Shown: positions 38,529 to 50,278, numbered from the stretch's first letter. The stretch is 64,000 nucleotides of DNA from Takakia lepidozioides (GCA_030704615.1 CM060734.1:9858001-9922000), one strand, 5' to 3'. Made by a program: numbers and translations. The notes: generated by a model from the letters alone, not told the origin.

Positions 38529-41460
38529 TGTTTACCGCTGGTTTATGACTTAGACAAAACAGGCTAGCATCACTACTGCCCATTTCCTAAGACATGCAAC
38601 AGAGGTTGTCCGAAGGTATGCTTTCAGAAACGATTACGAAGTAATCGTTTTAAGGATAACTAAACCATGAACGTCGTATAAATTTATCTCCTTGGAGGCT
38701 GCTCAATCCTATTGATTAAACTCAACTTACAGTCTATTTGACATGAGAGATCTTAGTCGTAAAGACTGAAGTCATTCCATTCATGCAAACAATTGATAGT
38801 CAAGGCAAAACAAGAACTATTCTGAGATGATACACATTCTCACCATCTCACGTTCTCTCAGAATGCATATTCTCTCCATCTCACATTCACTCTATACAGA
38901 GATATTTCGAATAGCATGGCTTTACTTCAGAGTTCGTCACACCATCATAGAAGTACACACTGAATCACTCTGAGTCCCTGAATACACACTGATCACTGAT
39001 ACTCATATTGCTCTCTCTCTCTAAGTTGCGTGCAACCTTTTTATACTATGCTCGAAAGAGCCGTTACAGTCAGCGGTCGTTAATGACCGTTTGCCTAACT
39101 GCCTACGCAACCTAAAAGGTTTGCTAAAATGTGGCTCGTTGCAGTGGTCGTGAGCCATAGTGGTAAACGGTCCACTACTCCCTCTATTGGTTAAAGCCGA
39201 TGCTAACGTGGCCGTGTGATATCGTGGTTCACGGCCCACGGTTACTACACTACCCACTACTGCTCCCGTGGTAATGTACCCTTGTCCTGCCATTTGCTAA
39301 GTACCGTGTACTTAGCCATCTTCTGCCTATGGCCAACTAGTGTACGTCCATCACTACCCGGTATGTCCCGTTGTGACCCTCGTTGTCTGTCCCTCGTAGC
39401 ATAGTCGTTATCATTTATTCCCCCCCCTCTTTTGAAATGGTGTCCGCACAATTTTGTCAGTTCATGTGCTTGCTGTATCTCTTGGGGATGTAAGGTGGTG
39501 ACATGCCTGTCTGCGGGGTAGGAAGTGCGTCCCATGATTGTCGTGGTGGCAGCTTCTTGTTCTTGTTGTCGTCACTGTCTGGTTGCTCCTCTGGTTCCTA
39601 AGGTAGGCCAGCTTTCGTCATCAGGATGTTCTGCTATTCCGTGCCCACGTACCATGTCAATTTTGGTGGTCAAGGTTTCTCGGTAGGTTTGCAGCTCCTC
39701 CTTGGTCCAGGGTATAATGTGTTTGGTCGCCCTGCTGCCCATTAACCAGTTAACAGCTTGGACCCCTATTTCTCTGAAAGGGTGGTCTCTGTCCAAGACC
39801 AATGGTGAAAAGTGGTCCTGCGCCTGGCGCCATGCTTCAGCATACAGTGGCCTATTCATATATGCTGAAGTGCCTGCGACTCTCTCTGGTGGCTGGAATT
39901 TGGGTAATTCCCAGTGAGTATCTTTTTCAATACTCTCATAGCGCTGCCAGCTTCCCCTCATTGTTACAAACATCCGGTACAAGTAACTGCCAATATAAAA
40001 ACTTGGGCATCCCATTACAATGGTTACTGCTGGGGTAGGATTAATCTTCAATTGCCCCACTGCCCACATGTAAGCTACCAGCTCCTTGTATTCCAAGGGA
40101 GCCTGGCGCCAGAATTCAACCAATTCTGCCCCTGACCATGTTTCATCCTTAGCCAGTGGCCTCATCCTGTATCTCAGAGGGATAAGCGTTTGATTGAGCA
40201 GATGCAATTGTCCCAAGGATCTGCAGGGGGTTAAGGTTTTGAAAACCTTCTCCAGTATTTCTGGGATTTGGTGGGCTGGGACTACCATCATTTTAAAATA
40301 TTCATCTGAATACTTTAACCACTCCCCATCCTGCTTGCATGGCATGATTTAGAAATCATCCACTGCTACCGAAGTTGATGCTACGAGGACATTTGGTAGT
40401 GTTACAGGGTTTACCTCTTGAGTGCCCTGCTGTGGCCTGTACCAGTGTCTGTTGACTTGGTGGTGGTTGTGTTGCTGGTGGTGTTTGTGCTGGTGTTGTT
40501 GATGTTGATTGTATTGGTGTTTCTCGTTCATGATCTTGCTCCTCTTGCTCGTCTTCTTCCATGAGCTCCTCTTGTTCTGGAATTGGTGGCAGGAATTCCT
40601 CGTGAATGTCTGTCACCAACTTTGCCAATTGACATTTCATCTATCTTACCATTGCCCTGTTGAGTTTCTTCATCTCCAATTCACTCCCTTCATTCAACCA
40701 GGCTCTGGCCAAGGCTGCGTCTGCTACATCGAGCCCTGCTTGTAGTGTCAGCTTCTCCAGCTGCTGCTTCCATTCTTGTTCATTGCCCATGACAATGTCT
40801 CTTTCTGTGATGGCTGTAAACAGCCTGCTCTCAGCGTTCTCCATTTCCCTCAGTAGTGTAGTGTTGCTGTTGAGCCACTTGGTTCCCTGATCTCTGGCAG
40901 TCCTCAGCTGCCCTTTGAGTATCTCCACCTGTTGCTTAAGCGTCTGCACTTGTCCTGTGAGTGTTTCCACCTCTGTCTCTGTTTTTTGAGATCGCTCTCG
41001 CTCTGCATCGAGGTCGGCTTGGACATGGCGTGTTTTGTCTCTTAGTCTTTCCCACTTTGCTCCCACTCATCTCTGCGTTGTGCCAAAGTGTTGTATTGGC
41101 GGAGTAAGGTCGACTTTTGATCTTCTAATGCTACAATTGTAACCTCATGGGTACATACTGTTCTTGCAGTGGCCAATTCCCTCTGGTGCTTCTCTTTGAC
41201 GTGGTCTAAGATCATGCTCAGGTTTTTTGGGCTGATGTAATCCTTGGCCCTGTCCATACAAGCTGTCAGTTGACCCAATGCTTGTATTGCCTGCAGAATG
41301 ACATTCTGTGGCGTTTCCTCTAACCCTGTGTCCCATGCTGTTGTATCCAGAACTTGTTGTGCTGGTAGTAATTCCAAATTGGAATTTCTGTCTTGCTGTT
41401 GCTGATTCGGTGCCTCTTGCACCATCTGTTGCTGCTGGCTGGGTGCCTCTTGCACCATCT
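38529..41460 (-). mobile_element. 3' part of an LTR retrotransposon: LTR (38529-39413), PPT and accessory coiled-coil ORF
   Basis: TGTTTAC...GTTATCA ends. The adjacent tract reads AGAGGGGGGGAATAAA on the minus strand (PPT). The LTR begins where the duplication homology breaks. Frameshifted ORFs 41464-39572 (Q-rich, coiled coil, globular C-terminus) show no gag/pol motifs. Confidence 0.65.
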
Positions 41461-41950
41461 GCAATGGCGTGGGATGGAGACTTTGCAGACCTATGCTTGA
41501 GCAAATAATCGCAGGATATGTAGGGGCGTGGGATGGAGGCTTTGCAGACCTAGAGCTGGCATCAGTCTTTTAAAGATCCTTCACGATGTTGGAACAACAG
41601 CAATCGCAAGGTGTGGTTTTTTCTTAATGTACGATGTGAAGAAGTTTGTCCATCCTGCAAATGTGGGCTCTTTGCTCCTGCTAGTACCATGATTTGGTAT
41701 TCTTCCTGATGTTTACAAGGTTCTTGGGATGTTTTTCTACTCAATACCCTTGTCTCCATGTATGTTTAGTATGGGAGTATCATGGATGCTCACCAAGTGT
41801 TCAACAAAATGCCTCAACGATCTTTGATCACGTGGAATATGATGTTGGCAGGATTTACCAAGCATGGGTGTGGTAGGAATGCTTTGGAGACCTATGAGCA
41901 AGTGTTGCGTGAAGGGGTGAAGCCCAACCACATCACATTAGCTTGTGTTT
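41461..41950 (+). pseudogene. Deleted copy of the PDF-PPR gene (PPR pieces plus a PDF first-half exon)
   Basis: SWHQSFKDPSRCWNNSNRK with a GT donor (~41555-41610; paralogous to 15260-15317 including the following intron), joined to DVFLLNTLVSMYV*YGSIMDAHQVFNKMPQRSLITWNMMLAGFTKHG.GRNALE.YEQ..REGVKPNHIT. Confidence 0.8.
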
Positions 41951-41951
41951 G

Positions 41952-42094
41952 CAACAAATTCGTGCTGGACAGGATTATACCTTACTGGTAAGGTATAATA
42001 ATAAGGTTCCAGCAAGTGCACTCCGGATTGGAATTATGGGCTCAAAGCCATGGGATACCAGTAAGGTATAATCCTGTCCAGCAAGAAGTTGTTG
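41952..42094. repeat. Inverted repeat/MITE-like hairpin with 39-bp arms
   Basis: 41952-41990 and 42056-42094 are reverse complements with 2 mismatches. Confidence 0.8.
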
Positions 42095-42109
42095 GTGATT
42101 TGAGCTTGG

Positions 42110-42887
42110 TGAGAAAGGCATCATAAGCAGTGTGTTTCTAAGGTAGACCTGAAAGCTGATATTGTGCGCTAGGCCCTTGTCAGACTGCTTAATCGAGTAT
42201 ATGTATACACCTTCTACATGATCCGGTCAATGTACATTACTCTGTTTAGCTTGTCTCTTGTAGCCGATGCCTCGTGTCACTCTTAGATACCTTCCGGCTC
42301 TTAAGCTTTTATGTTTCTCTTGTATGTGGCCTCGCTCCTTGCAGCACCACTAAAAATTGCCCAGAGTGTAGTATGTGGCTGGAATAGACCGGTGAATCAA
42401 TATTAATATGGTGATCTCACTAGCTTCTCCCATTCTGTATTTTTCCAGCAACGTTGATACGGCTTGGAAAGAATGTTATGTATTGATTCATACCCTTGGA
42501 AAATTAATTCTGAAACCAGTAAGCTGACTCACATCAGTATAAGGAACAAAGATCCTTCGCTGGTTAAATGTGACTGATAGGGTGAAATGATGTGCAACAA
42601 TTTGCTGCCTTTGGCTGGAGAACACTTATAATTCTTATGCTCATGCTTGTCCACTTATGTGAAGGCGATGTTGACAAACTGAAAGCCATGCCTGTCCAAC
42701 TTTGTGAAGGTTATGTTGACAACATAAAAGGTAACTTGGAAACAACAGCTTGCTCAACGGCTAAGAGGTAACATGGAAAAGTCATGACTCTACCTGTCCA
42801 GCTGTATTCTTGTTATGTCATTGATCACTTGACCATGAGGTATCAGCCCACCTTACCTCCATGTCAGTATTATGGAGAACTAAATCC
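42110..42887 (+). repeat. Dispersed duplication, copy 2
   Basis: High identity to 37756-38527; both copies end at TAAATCC. Confidence 0.9.
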
Positions 42888-43089
42888 CTAATATGGTATA
42901 ATTTTATCTATTAGGAAATTTTCTAGTTATCATTCCTGACATGACGTGGCCCTGACACATCGGCCGTCACGTCGAATCCGGACGTTTACCCACGTAATTT
43001 TTTTTACATTTGACTTTTACGATTTACTTCTACCCTTTGTAATGACATGGCAGCCCCGGTGTAAAACAGACGTGGCCAATTATTAATAT

Positions 43090-43680
43090 TTATTAATTCT
43101 TTGAGTCCGCCTATATTGGCGGTCGCATATAATTTATTATTTTTAATAAAAGCGACCGCCCATATTGGCGGTCTCTTGTAATTTAATATTTTGTTAAATT
43201 AAGTGACCGCCAGTATTGGCAGTCGCCGGTAATTTATAAATGAAGCGACCGCCGAAATTGGCGGTCGCCCGTAATTTATTTATTTATAAATGAAGCGACC
43301 TCCCATATTGGCGGTCGCCCGTAATTTATTTATTTTTAAATGAAGCGACCGCCCAAATTGACGGTCGCCCGTAATTTATTTATTTTTAAATGAAGCGACC
43401 GCCCATATTGGCGGTCGCCCGTAATTTATTTATTTTTAAATGAAGCGACCGCCCATATTTGCGGTCGCCCGTAATTTACTTATTTTTAAATGAAGCGACC
43501 GCCCATATTTGCGGTCGCCCGTAATTTACTTATTTTTAAATGAAGCGACCGCCCATATTTGCGGTCGCCCGTAATTTACTTATTTTTAAATGAAGCGACC
43601 GCCCATATTGGCGGTCGCCCGTAATTTATTTATTTTTAAATGAAGTGACCGCCCATATTGGCGGTCGCTTGTATTTTATT
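43090..43680. repeat. 50-bp tandem repeat (~11-12 units), each with a 24-bp palindromic core
   Basis: Unit TATTTTTAAATGAAGCGACCGCCCATATTGGCGGTCGCCCGTAATTTATT. Confidence 0.92.
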
Positions 43681-43744
43681 ATATTTTAAAATAAGCGGTC
43701 GCGTGTTTTTTTTTTTTTAGAAATCCAGGGACCCACCTCCAGTT

Positions 43745-44370
43745 TGGGATAATTGGAGCAGGGACAACTCGTCATGATGCTGAAACCGGGGAAACGCAAA
43801 GGTATCGAGCCTGCTTGGGAGGGGCCATACACAATCCAAGGGTACAAAGACAAATCAGATACTGAAAACATGGAGGAGTCTGATCGAATATGCATGATCG
43901 AGGATGCAGCTAACAAAAGATGGACGCGATCACGAAGGGACCTCAAGCTGGTGCATCAATGAAGTGAGTGTGCTGACTTGGTGAAAAGGGATTTTGACTC
44001 TAAAAAAAATGGAGTACTTTACAGCTGTAAGGGGAAAACAAGTGCCAATAAAACCCTAGGGGTTTATCAAATGAACGATGAATGGACGGAGATAAGGTAG
44101 AGTTGGAAGGAATGAATGTGGCAAACAGTGATGAATGCGCCAAAGGCATGTGCGGATGAAGAGGATAGGGAGAATGGATGACATTGGGTATGACTTATGT
44201 GCCTCATTACGACAACGGATGAACGGATTATGAACAGTCAGCATCAAAGACGGTTCATCGGTGGGGGCAAGAGGCGTGCTTTCACTAAGAAAGGCCAACG
44301 AGACTGTGGATGAATGAACCATGAGGCTGGATGAAGGATTGACATCCTACAGTAAGAACAAATCCACTTC
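43745..44370 (+). mobile_element. Gypsy integrase C-terminus (GPY/F) plus partial LTR
   Basis: GQLVMM..KGIEPAWEGPYTI, followed by a purine tract and a TG-starting purine-rich segment that partly resembles 18550-18830. Confidence 0.55.
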
Positions 44371-46339
44371 AAGAATGTCAATACCAGCACAACCAGAAAG
44401 GGTTTTCAATGAAATAAGAGAGCGGAGGGAGGTGCCTCACGAAATCTGGAGGCAACTTACAATGCCACCATTCACTCGTAAACCGGGGGCTCCTCGGCCT
44501 CGATCCCAACTTTCTCCCCCTGCTCCTTCTTGGATTTTTCCTCATCCTCCGAGGATGCCTCTTCCTCTTTCGGTAGACGTTCAACCGCTGCAAGTTCCGA
44601 GTTGTGGAGGGCAGTATCTGGCTCGAAGGCGAACACATACCTGTTGGACAACGTCCCTGCCCACATTGAAGCACCTGAGGAACAAAGCGGGCGGTTAATA
44701 GCTTGCGGCATGCAATTGCAATCGGGCCAGGGGACAAACTGAGCACGTGAAGGCTTACCCGTGCCGCATGTGAGGTCCAAAATCCGCCCTTGGACATCCG
44801 AGCACGTCTCCATGAGGGTTTGGATGAAAGCAGGGCTCCGGGTCCGGCTGTACCGCCACTGTTTGCCTGTCTTTGTGTCCTTCGGCATACTGGAGTGGGG
44901 CACATAGTTGTAGAGGACATCGTAGGTTACAGGGTCCACAGCGGCATCAACAAGACGACCGTCATTGCGGAATTTGAACGTAGACCCTCTCTTCACAAAG
45001 CAATATGCCTCAAACACCAATGTCTGCACATCCAACAAAGAAGGGATCAACTCCAGGGTCTACTTAACATACACCACAATATGAAGTGAATGCAATAGAT
45101 TGATAACTTACACTTTGGCCCTCTGTTCGCAACCCCTGTGTACTGATGCAGAACCATTTTCTGAGGAGGACCGGGGTGACACTTTTCGGTGTCCACCTTG
45201 CCACCGCATTCTCTGTGGTCTTCCCTCTCGTGGCAAGGACAACCACACATCCACTGTCATCCAGAAGCATCCCCGCCAGCCCAAACCCGGCTTTCCAGTA
45301 GTCCTCAGTAAACCTGTTCCAGGTGGGCACACCATCCAGGCCCTCCAGCAGCTCCCCATCTAGAATGTCGAGGAGAATCATGTCGCAAGCTCTCTCCACC
45401 TCAACCCCCCCCCCCCCCCCCCCCGAGTGCTCTTGCAATTCGTGCTCACAGCCGTGAAGAATTCCATCATGGCTTCAAAACCAGGGGTGTCTTTAGGCTC
45501 TGTACCGGCAGCCCTCTTCTTGGCTTTCCCCTTCTGCTCCGCCAGAGACTTGTTGTGTGCCACCTTCTTCGCCCTGGCAGCGAGAGCATCAAGGAAGCTC
45601 TCATTGACGCATTGGATGATGGTTGGAGGTTCTAGCTTTGGCCTGTGCGTAAACGTCACCGCCGAATACCGCCGTGTAGGCTCGCCCTCAAATGCCAACT
45701 TCTTGGCAGAGCCAGTCCCACTCCGAACTGACTTGGGAACCCGGACGACCGGTGACTGGGTAGGAGCAACAGCAGTTGCAGGACCTTGAACAAAGTCGTC
45801 GTCAGAGTCACTCTCTTGGGTCCCCTCCTGCGCCTCCTCCGATGCCCCGATGGTTTTCTTCTTTTTGGGTGTTACTGCACTCACCTGTTTCCTTGTCCTT
45901 TTCCTTTGGCCTTTACTCTTCTCATGCAATTTCTCCTGAATTCCTGCCTGAGCAAGCTCTGCCGCTTTCCTGGAGTTCGCAAGCGCTTTTGCCTCTTTTG
46001 CACCCAACAGAGGCAGCGGAGCCCGGTTTCGTCGGAATTCAGCATCCAGCTTCAATTGAAACTCGGATGGGTCGAGCGAGCCGGGCGGAAGGTCCACATA
46101 CCAAGGGCAATCACGCAAATGTTCCAGATGCCACTCCTTCACAATATTGTCAGTGTACATGGAGTCAGCCCCAGGGTTCCTCCATGCCAGGAAGAACGGT
46201 GGCTCGAAAGACAGATGACCTTTCTCCAAAAGGGAGAACTTGCAGTACCTGCATTCATGAAAAACACAATGAGGTCCCTGAAATGCATATTCGGCACCAT
46301 TTTCCCAGGTTGGGGCGGATGTGAGTGGGCCTAGAAATG

Positions 46340-46750
46340 GAGAAATGGCGCCGAATTTCGGTTTTCGGTGACTGCCACCCTAGGGACTTAGCCATCTTGG
46401 GAGCCCTGAACTGGAAATTCGGCGCCATTTTTCCCGGTTTGGCCCGAAGATGGCTAAGTCCCAGAACCGCAATAGGGCCTAGAACTGGAAAAATGGCGCC
46501 GTATTTCCAGTTCAGGGCCAGCCACCCTAGGGACTTAGCCCGAAAATGGCTAAGTCCCTGAACGGCAATAGGGCCTACAACTGGAAAATGGCGCCGAATT
46601 TCCACTTCGGGGCCAACCACCCTAGGGACTTAGCCCGAAAATGGCTAAGTCCCTGAACGGCAATAGGGCCTAGAACTGGAAAATGGCGCCGAATTTCCAG
46701 TTCAGGGCCAGCCACCCTAGGGACTTAGCCCGAAAATGGCTAAGTCCCTG
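46340..46750. repeat. ~100-bp tandem array (intronic), inverted relative to 47425-47740
   Basis: Units with GAAAATGGCGCCGAATTTCC, CCTAGGGACTTAGCC and GGCTAAGTCCC. Confidence 0.9.
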
Positions 46751-47424
46751 AAGCACTACTCTCGCACTCTGAAGCCCACGATGACATTGGAGAAGCTCCA
46801 TCGTCTAGCCACATCCTGTGTGGATGCAACAGAAAAGGTGATACATTCTTAACCAAATTGTGGTGGCAACAACTCATTTTTGTGGTGTTTGGCGCTTACG
46901 AATATGCTGGGTGGTTGGACAGACCCGGTGGCTCCAAATCTGGAATGGTTCCCAAAGTACCAGGGACATGTGGAGCTTCCCCAAACCGGACAAACTCTCT
47001 GACCCCACATTCGACATGTGGATGAACCGCATGACATGGTGGTTTCAGGTACTTCCCCACGCTTCGTTTGGGGCTTCTACTCTAGTAGGGGGTGGATTCA
47101 TTGTATTTTTTCAGGAAAGCGATCTGATGGAGAATCTCCACAAGTGACGACGAATGCGCAAGAGCAGCTGGACACACAAGCACATCAGTTCAAGATGGAG
47201 ATATCTCTTGCAGCAGAGAGCCTACGTGACTATGTGACGAGGTACTTTCTGCTCTACAAAACCAACCTATTCTTTTGGGAGATAGCAGATGCTCGCCGGA
47301 GCCATGAGTTCACCGACCAGCCGAACGCGGACAAAGCAGCAATGCGCCTTCTGTACAGGTACATACGCGCTGCCTTTCTTTCAAGTCCTTGCATTTCAGG
47401 ATGTTAGAAGCCTCATGTGGTGTT

Positions 47425-47740
47425 AGGGAAAATGGCGCCGAATTTCCAGTCAGGGCTCCGAAAATGGCTAAGTCCCTAGACTGGCTGGCCCTGAACTGGA
47501 AATTCGGCGCCATTTTCCAGTTATAGGCCCTATTGCCGTTCAGGGACTTAGCCATTTTCGGGCTAAGTCCCTAGGGTGGCTGGCCCCGAAGTGGAAATTC
47601 GGCGCCATTTTCCAGTTGTAGGCCCTATTGCCGTTCAGGGACTTAGCCATTTTCGGGCTAAGTCCCTAGACTGGCTGGCCCTGAACTGGAAATTCGGCGC
47701 CATTTTCCAGTTCTAGGCCCTATTGCCGTTCAGGGACTAG
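47425..47740. repeat. ~100-bp tandem array, reverse complement of 46340-46750
   Basis: Same unit on the opposite strand. Confidence 0.9.
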
Positions 47741-49584
47741 CTTGTCGATATCGCCTGGGAGGGCAGGTCTCACCACCTGCAATGACACCAAGCGGCAAAG
47801 GGGAATTCGAAGCTTGGCCGGGTACACCATGCCCCCCAGCACCCTGCCAATGTTGCTGTGGGTTGCCTCCAACATCTTGGCAGCGGCCAACTTCATATCC
47901 GCCTCGGACATGACGTCTGCTGCAGAGGGGTTTTCCGGCAGCCCACCAGGACCGCCAAATCCAGCCTATATGCTCCAGGTTTGGGGCTTGGGGATGTCCG
48001 GGAGGATGTCATCCTGGTCAGAAAGCTCCATGTCGTCCTCCTCAACAGGGTCAGCCACCTGCGAAACCACCTCCAGCACTCTCCCCGTCTCTACTGCCCT
48101 CTCCCTGGCTTCACCTCGAACTTGCACAATCCGTGCTCTTTCTGGTGTTCTTTCCTCTCCTCCACTCTCCACCGTATGGGTAATTGCAGGGGCTGCTCTT
48201 GCCCGCGATGGTCTAACCGGTGTGTTACTACCTCTCTGTGGTGTCTTGGAGGGATCCACCGTCTCTGTGCGTCCCTCGCTTACATTGGCATCTGTCATTT
48301 GGGCACCCCTGGCCTCTTCAGTGGCCTTTTCTCTTTCCTCCTGGCTAGCATTTTGTCTCGTCTGTTCTTTTGCCCTCTCTTTTTCCCTCTCACGGGCTTT
48401 CTGTTTCTTACTAGGGCTAGCAGCAGGGGAGCCCTCCAGGACGACCACCTTTGATTGAGGCGAACTGACACCCTCGCGCGCACTGCTCACTCCCCCCTCC
48501 GCAGCCCGTGACGGCTCTCTCGCCGGGGATTGCATGTGCTTAGCTTTCTTCTTTTTCTTTGCGTGGGCGGGCCCTACTACATGTGCATGAACAACCTCCA
48601 TTGCCAGATCTGCTGTCCTCATGTCCTCACGCCCTTCACCTGCCATGCCGCCTGCACCAACCTCCCCAATGCCTATTCTGTCGTACTCTCGTTGCAAGTC
48701 CTCCCGTCCACCAACAAAAGGTTTAAGTTTGCCCTCTCGCCCCAAGTTGGGCGATTCAAACATGCGATGAGTTGGAGCTGTCGATGATACCACCAGCGTG
48801 CCGGGCTCGTTGTCACTCTGTCATTCCCAAAAATCGTGAAAACCAACATCGGTCCCTAAACCAGCATCGCAACGAGCAGCGCAACCACCATAGCAACAAT
48901 CGTGTAACAAAAATGAAAACATAACAAGTTTAGGAAGTATGGAGAGCCATGCAACAACAATGAAAACAAATGCAACCATTGCCTGAGAATGACATGCACA
49001 AGCAGCCTTCTCAGAGCTGCCGGATTTGCACACGCATTGCAAACAATCTAAGGTTCACTCAACTATCTAAAGTTCACTCATCCAGCGAAGCCAGGATGAA
49101 GATGCAAAAACAAAGCGAGGCAACAAAGCGAAAGCAAAAAAGAAATCGAACAAAGCGAAAGCAGAAGTGGCTTGCCTGAGAGTACTCGGCTTTAGTTGGC
49201 GCGGGTTGTGAGCAAGACACTGGAATCTCCTGCTGGAGCTTCAGTTTGGCCATGCGAGAGATTGGCCGTCGTCCGTAGTACAGAGCTTTCAACTTCCGCC
49301 GCGGTCTGGATGTGAGGTCTCTCTCAGGAGAGCCACGCCCTTCAGGCGGCATAAGTCCCAGCCAAAATGGAAAAAGATCTCCGTTTTTGGGGTACATGCC
49401 TCGAATAGCATGTTAAGCCAAGATTAGCATCAAATTTAGGGTACGTATCCAGGAAGCCATGTGTCGCCAGCCCGAATGAAAACGGATGGCGGTGGACATT
49501 TATTGCCCAACTGCGCAATTAAATGTCGGATGAAGCCCTCCATGTCGGATGAAAATCGACGGAACTCGGCCCGGAATTTCCAAC

Positions 49585-49975
49585 GTAGAGGTAATTCGGA
49601 GCGCTGCAGGATGGAAATCCGGCGCCGGATTTCCATCCTGCAGGTAATTCGGAGCGCAGCAGGATGGAAATTCAGCGCCGAATTTCCATCCTGCAAGGTA
49701 GGGCGGCGCGCGAAATTTCCCTCACGCAGGTAATTCGGAAGCGGATGGATGGAAATCCGGCGCCGGATTTCCATCCGCGAAGGTAGGGCGGCGCGCGAAA
49801 TTTCCCTCACGCAGGTAATTCGGAAGCGGATGGATGGAAATCCGGCGCCGGATTTCCATCCGCGCAGGTAGGGCGGCACGCCAAATTTCCCTGACACAGG
49901 TAATTCCGAAGCGGATGGATGGAAATCCGACGCCCAATTTCCATCCAGCAGGTAAGTGGAATCCGAATTTCCATT
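49585..49975. repeat. ~84-bp tandem repeat with a 30-bp perfect palindrome in the divergent intergenic region
   Basis: GGATGGAAATCCGGCGCCGGATTTCCATCC occurs three times perfectly, plus degenerate copies. Confidence 0.9.
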
Positions 49976-50278
49976 CGGGGGTAGTAATGTGACGGCACAG
50001 TGCCGGCTTCTCCCCTTCAGCCGTCATCATCCGGACGGCCCCCCACTTTCTGACTGCATACCATTGGCAGTTATTGCGCAAAGACCAGGGGCCGCATTCC
50101 GGAGACAAAGTTCATTAACACTCTGACTGTGGATTTTTGAGATAGTTGGCTCCCTGGATTTGGATCAGGCTTCGTCGCTCGGACAAATCGGCACCGCATT
50201 CCTTCCCATCGCTGCATCCCCCTTCTACCAGGGAGCTTCCCCGCACGCCATCCTGGCAGTCTTGTGTGCACATCTCCC

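Larger units (their letters stand above)
44472..48793 (-). pseudogene. Multi-exon cargo gene: low-complexity N-terminus, ParB-like start, helical region, C-terminal beta-class N6A/N4C DNA methyltransferase-like domain
   Basis: Spliced exons ~46248-45112, 45023-44759 and 44674-44472 give CDMILLDILDG (motif IV-like) ... RSPAFIQTLMETCSDVQGRILDLTCGTGASMWAGTLSNRYVFAFEPD (motifs X, I, II). Canonical in-phase GT-AG introns. Disrupted by a G20 frameshift and an internal inversion/deletion. Confidence 0.72.

Noticed and set aside
43090-43680. CRISPR-like palindromic repeat array
   Set aside because: The spacers are near-identical rather than unique, the context is eukaryotic and there are no cas genes. 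It is a tandem repeat.
46255-46620. ORFs in the repeat arrays (also 49436-50108 and 53838-54297)
   Set aside because: Translations of tandem repeats, not genes.
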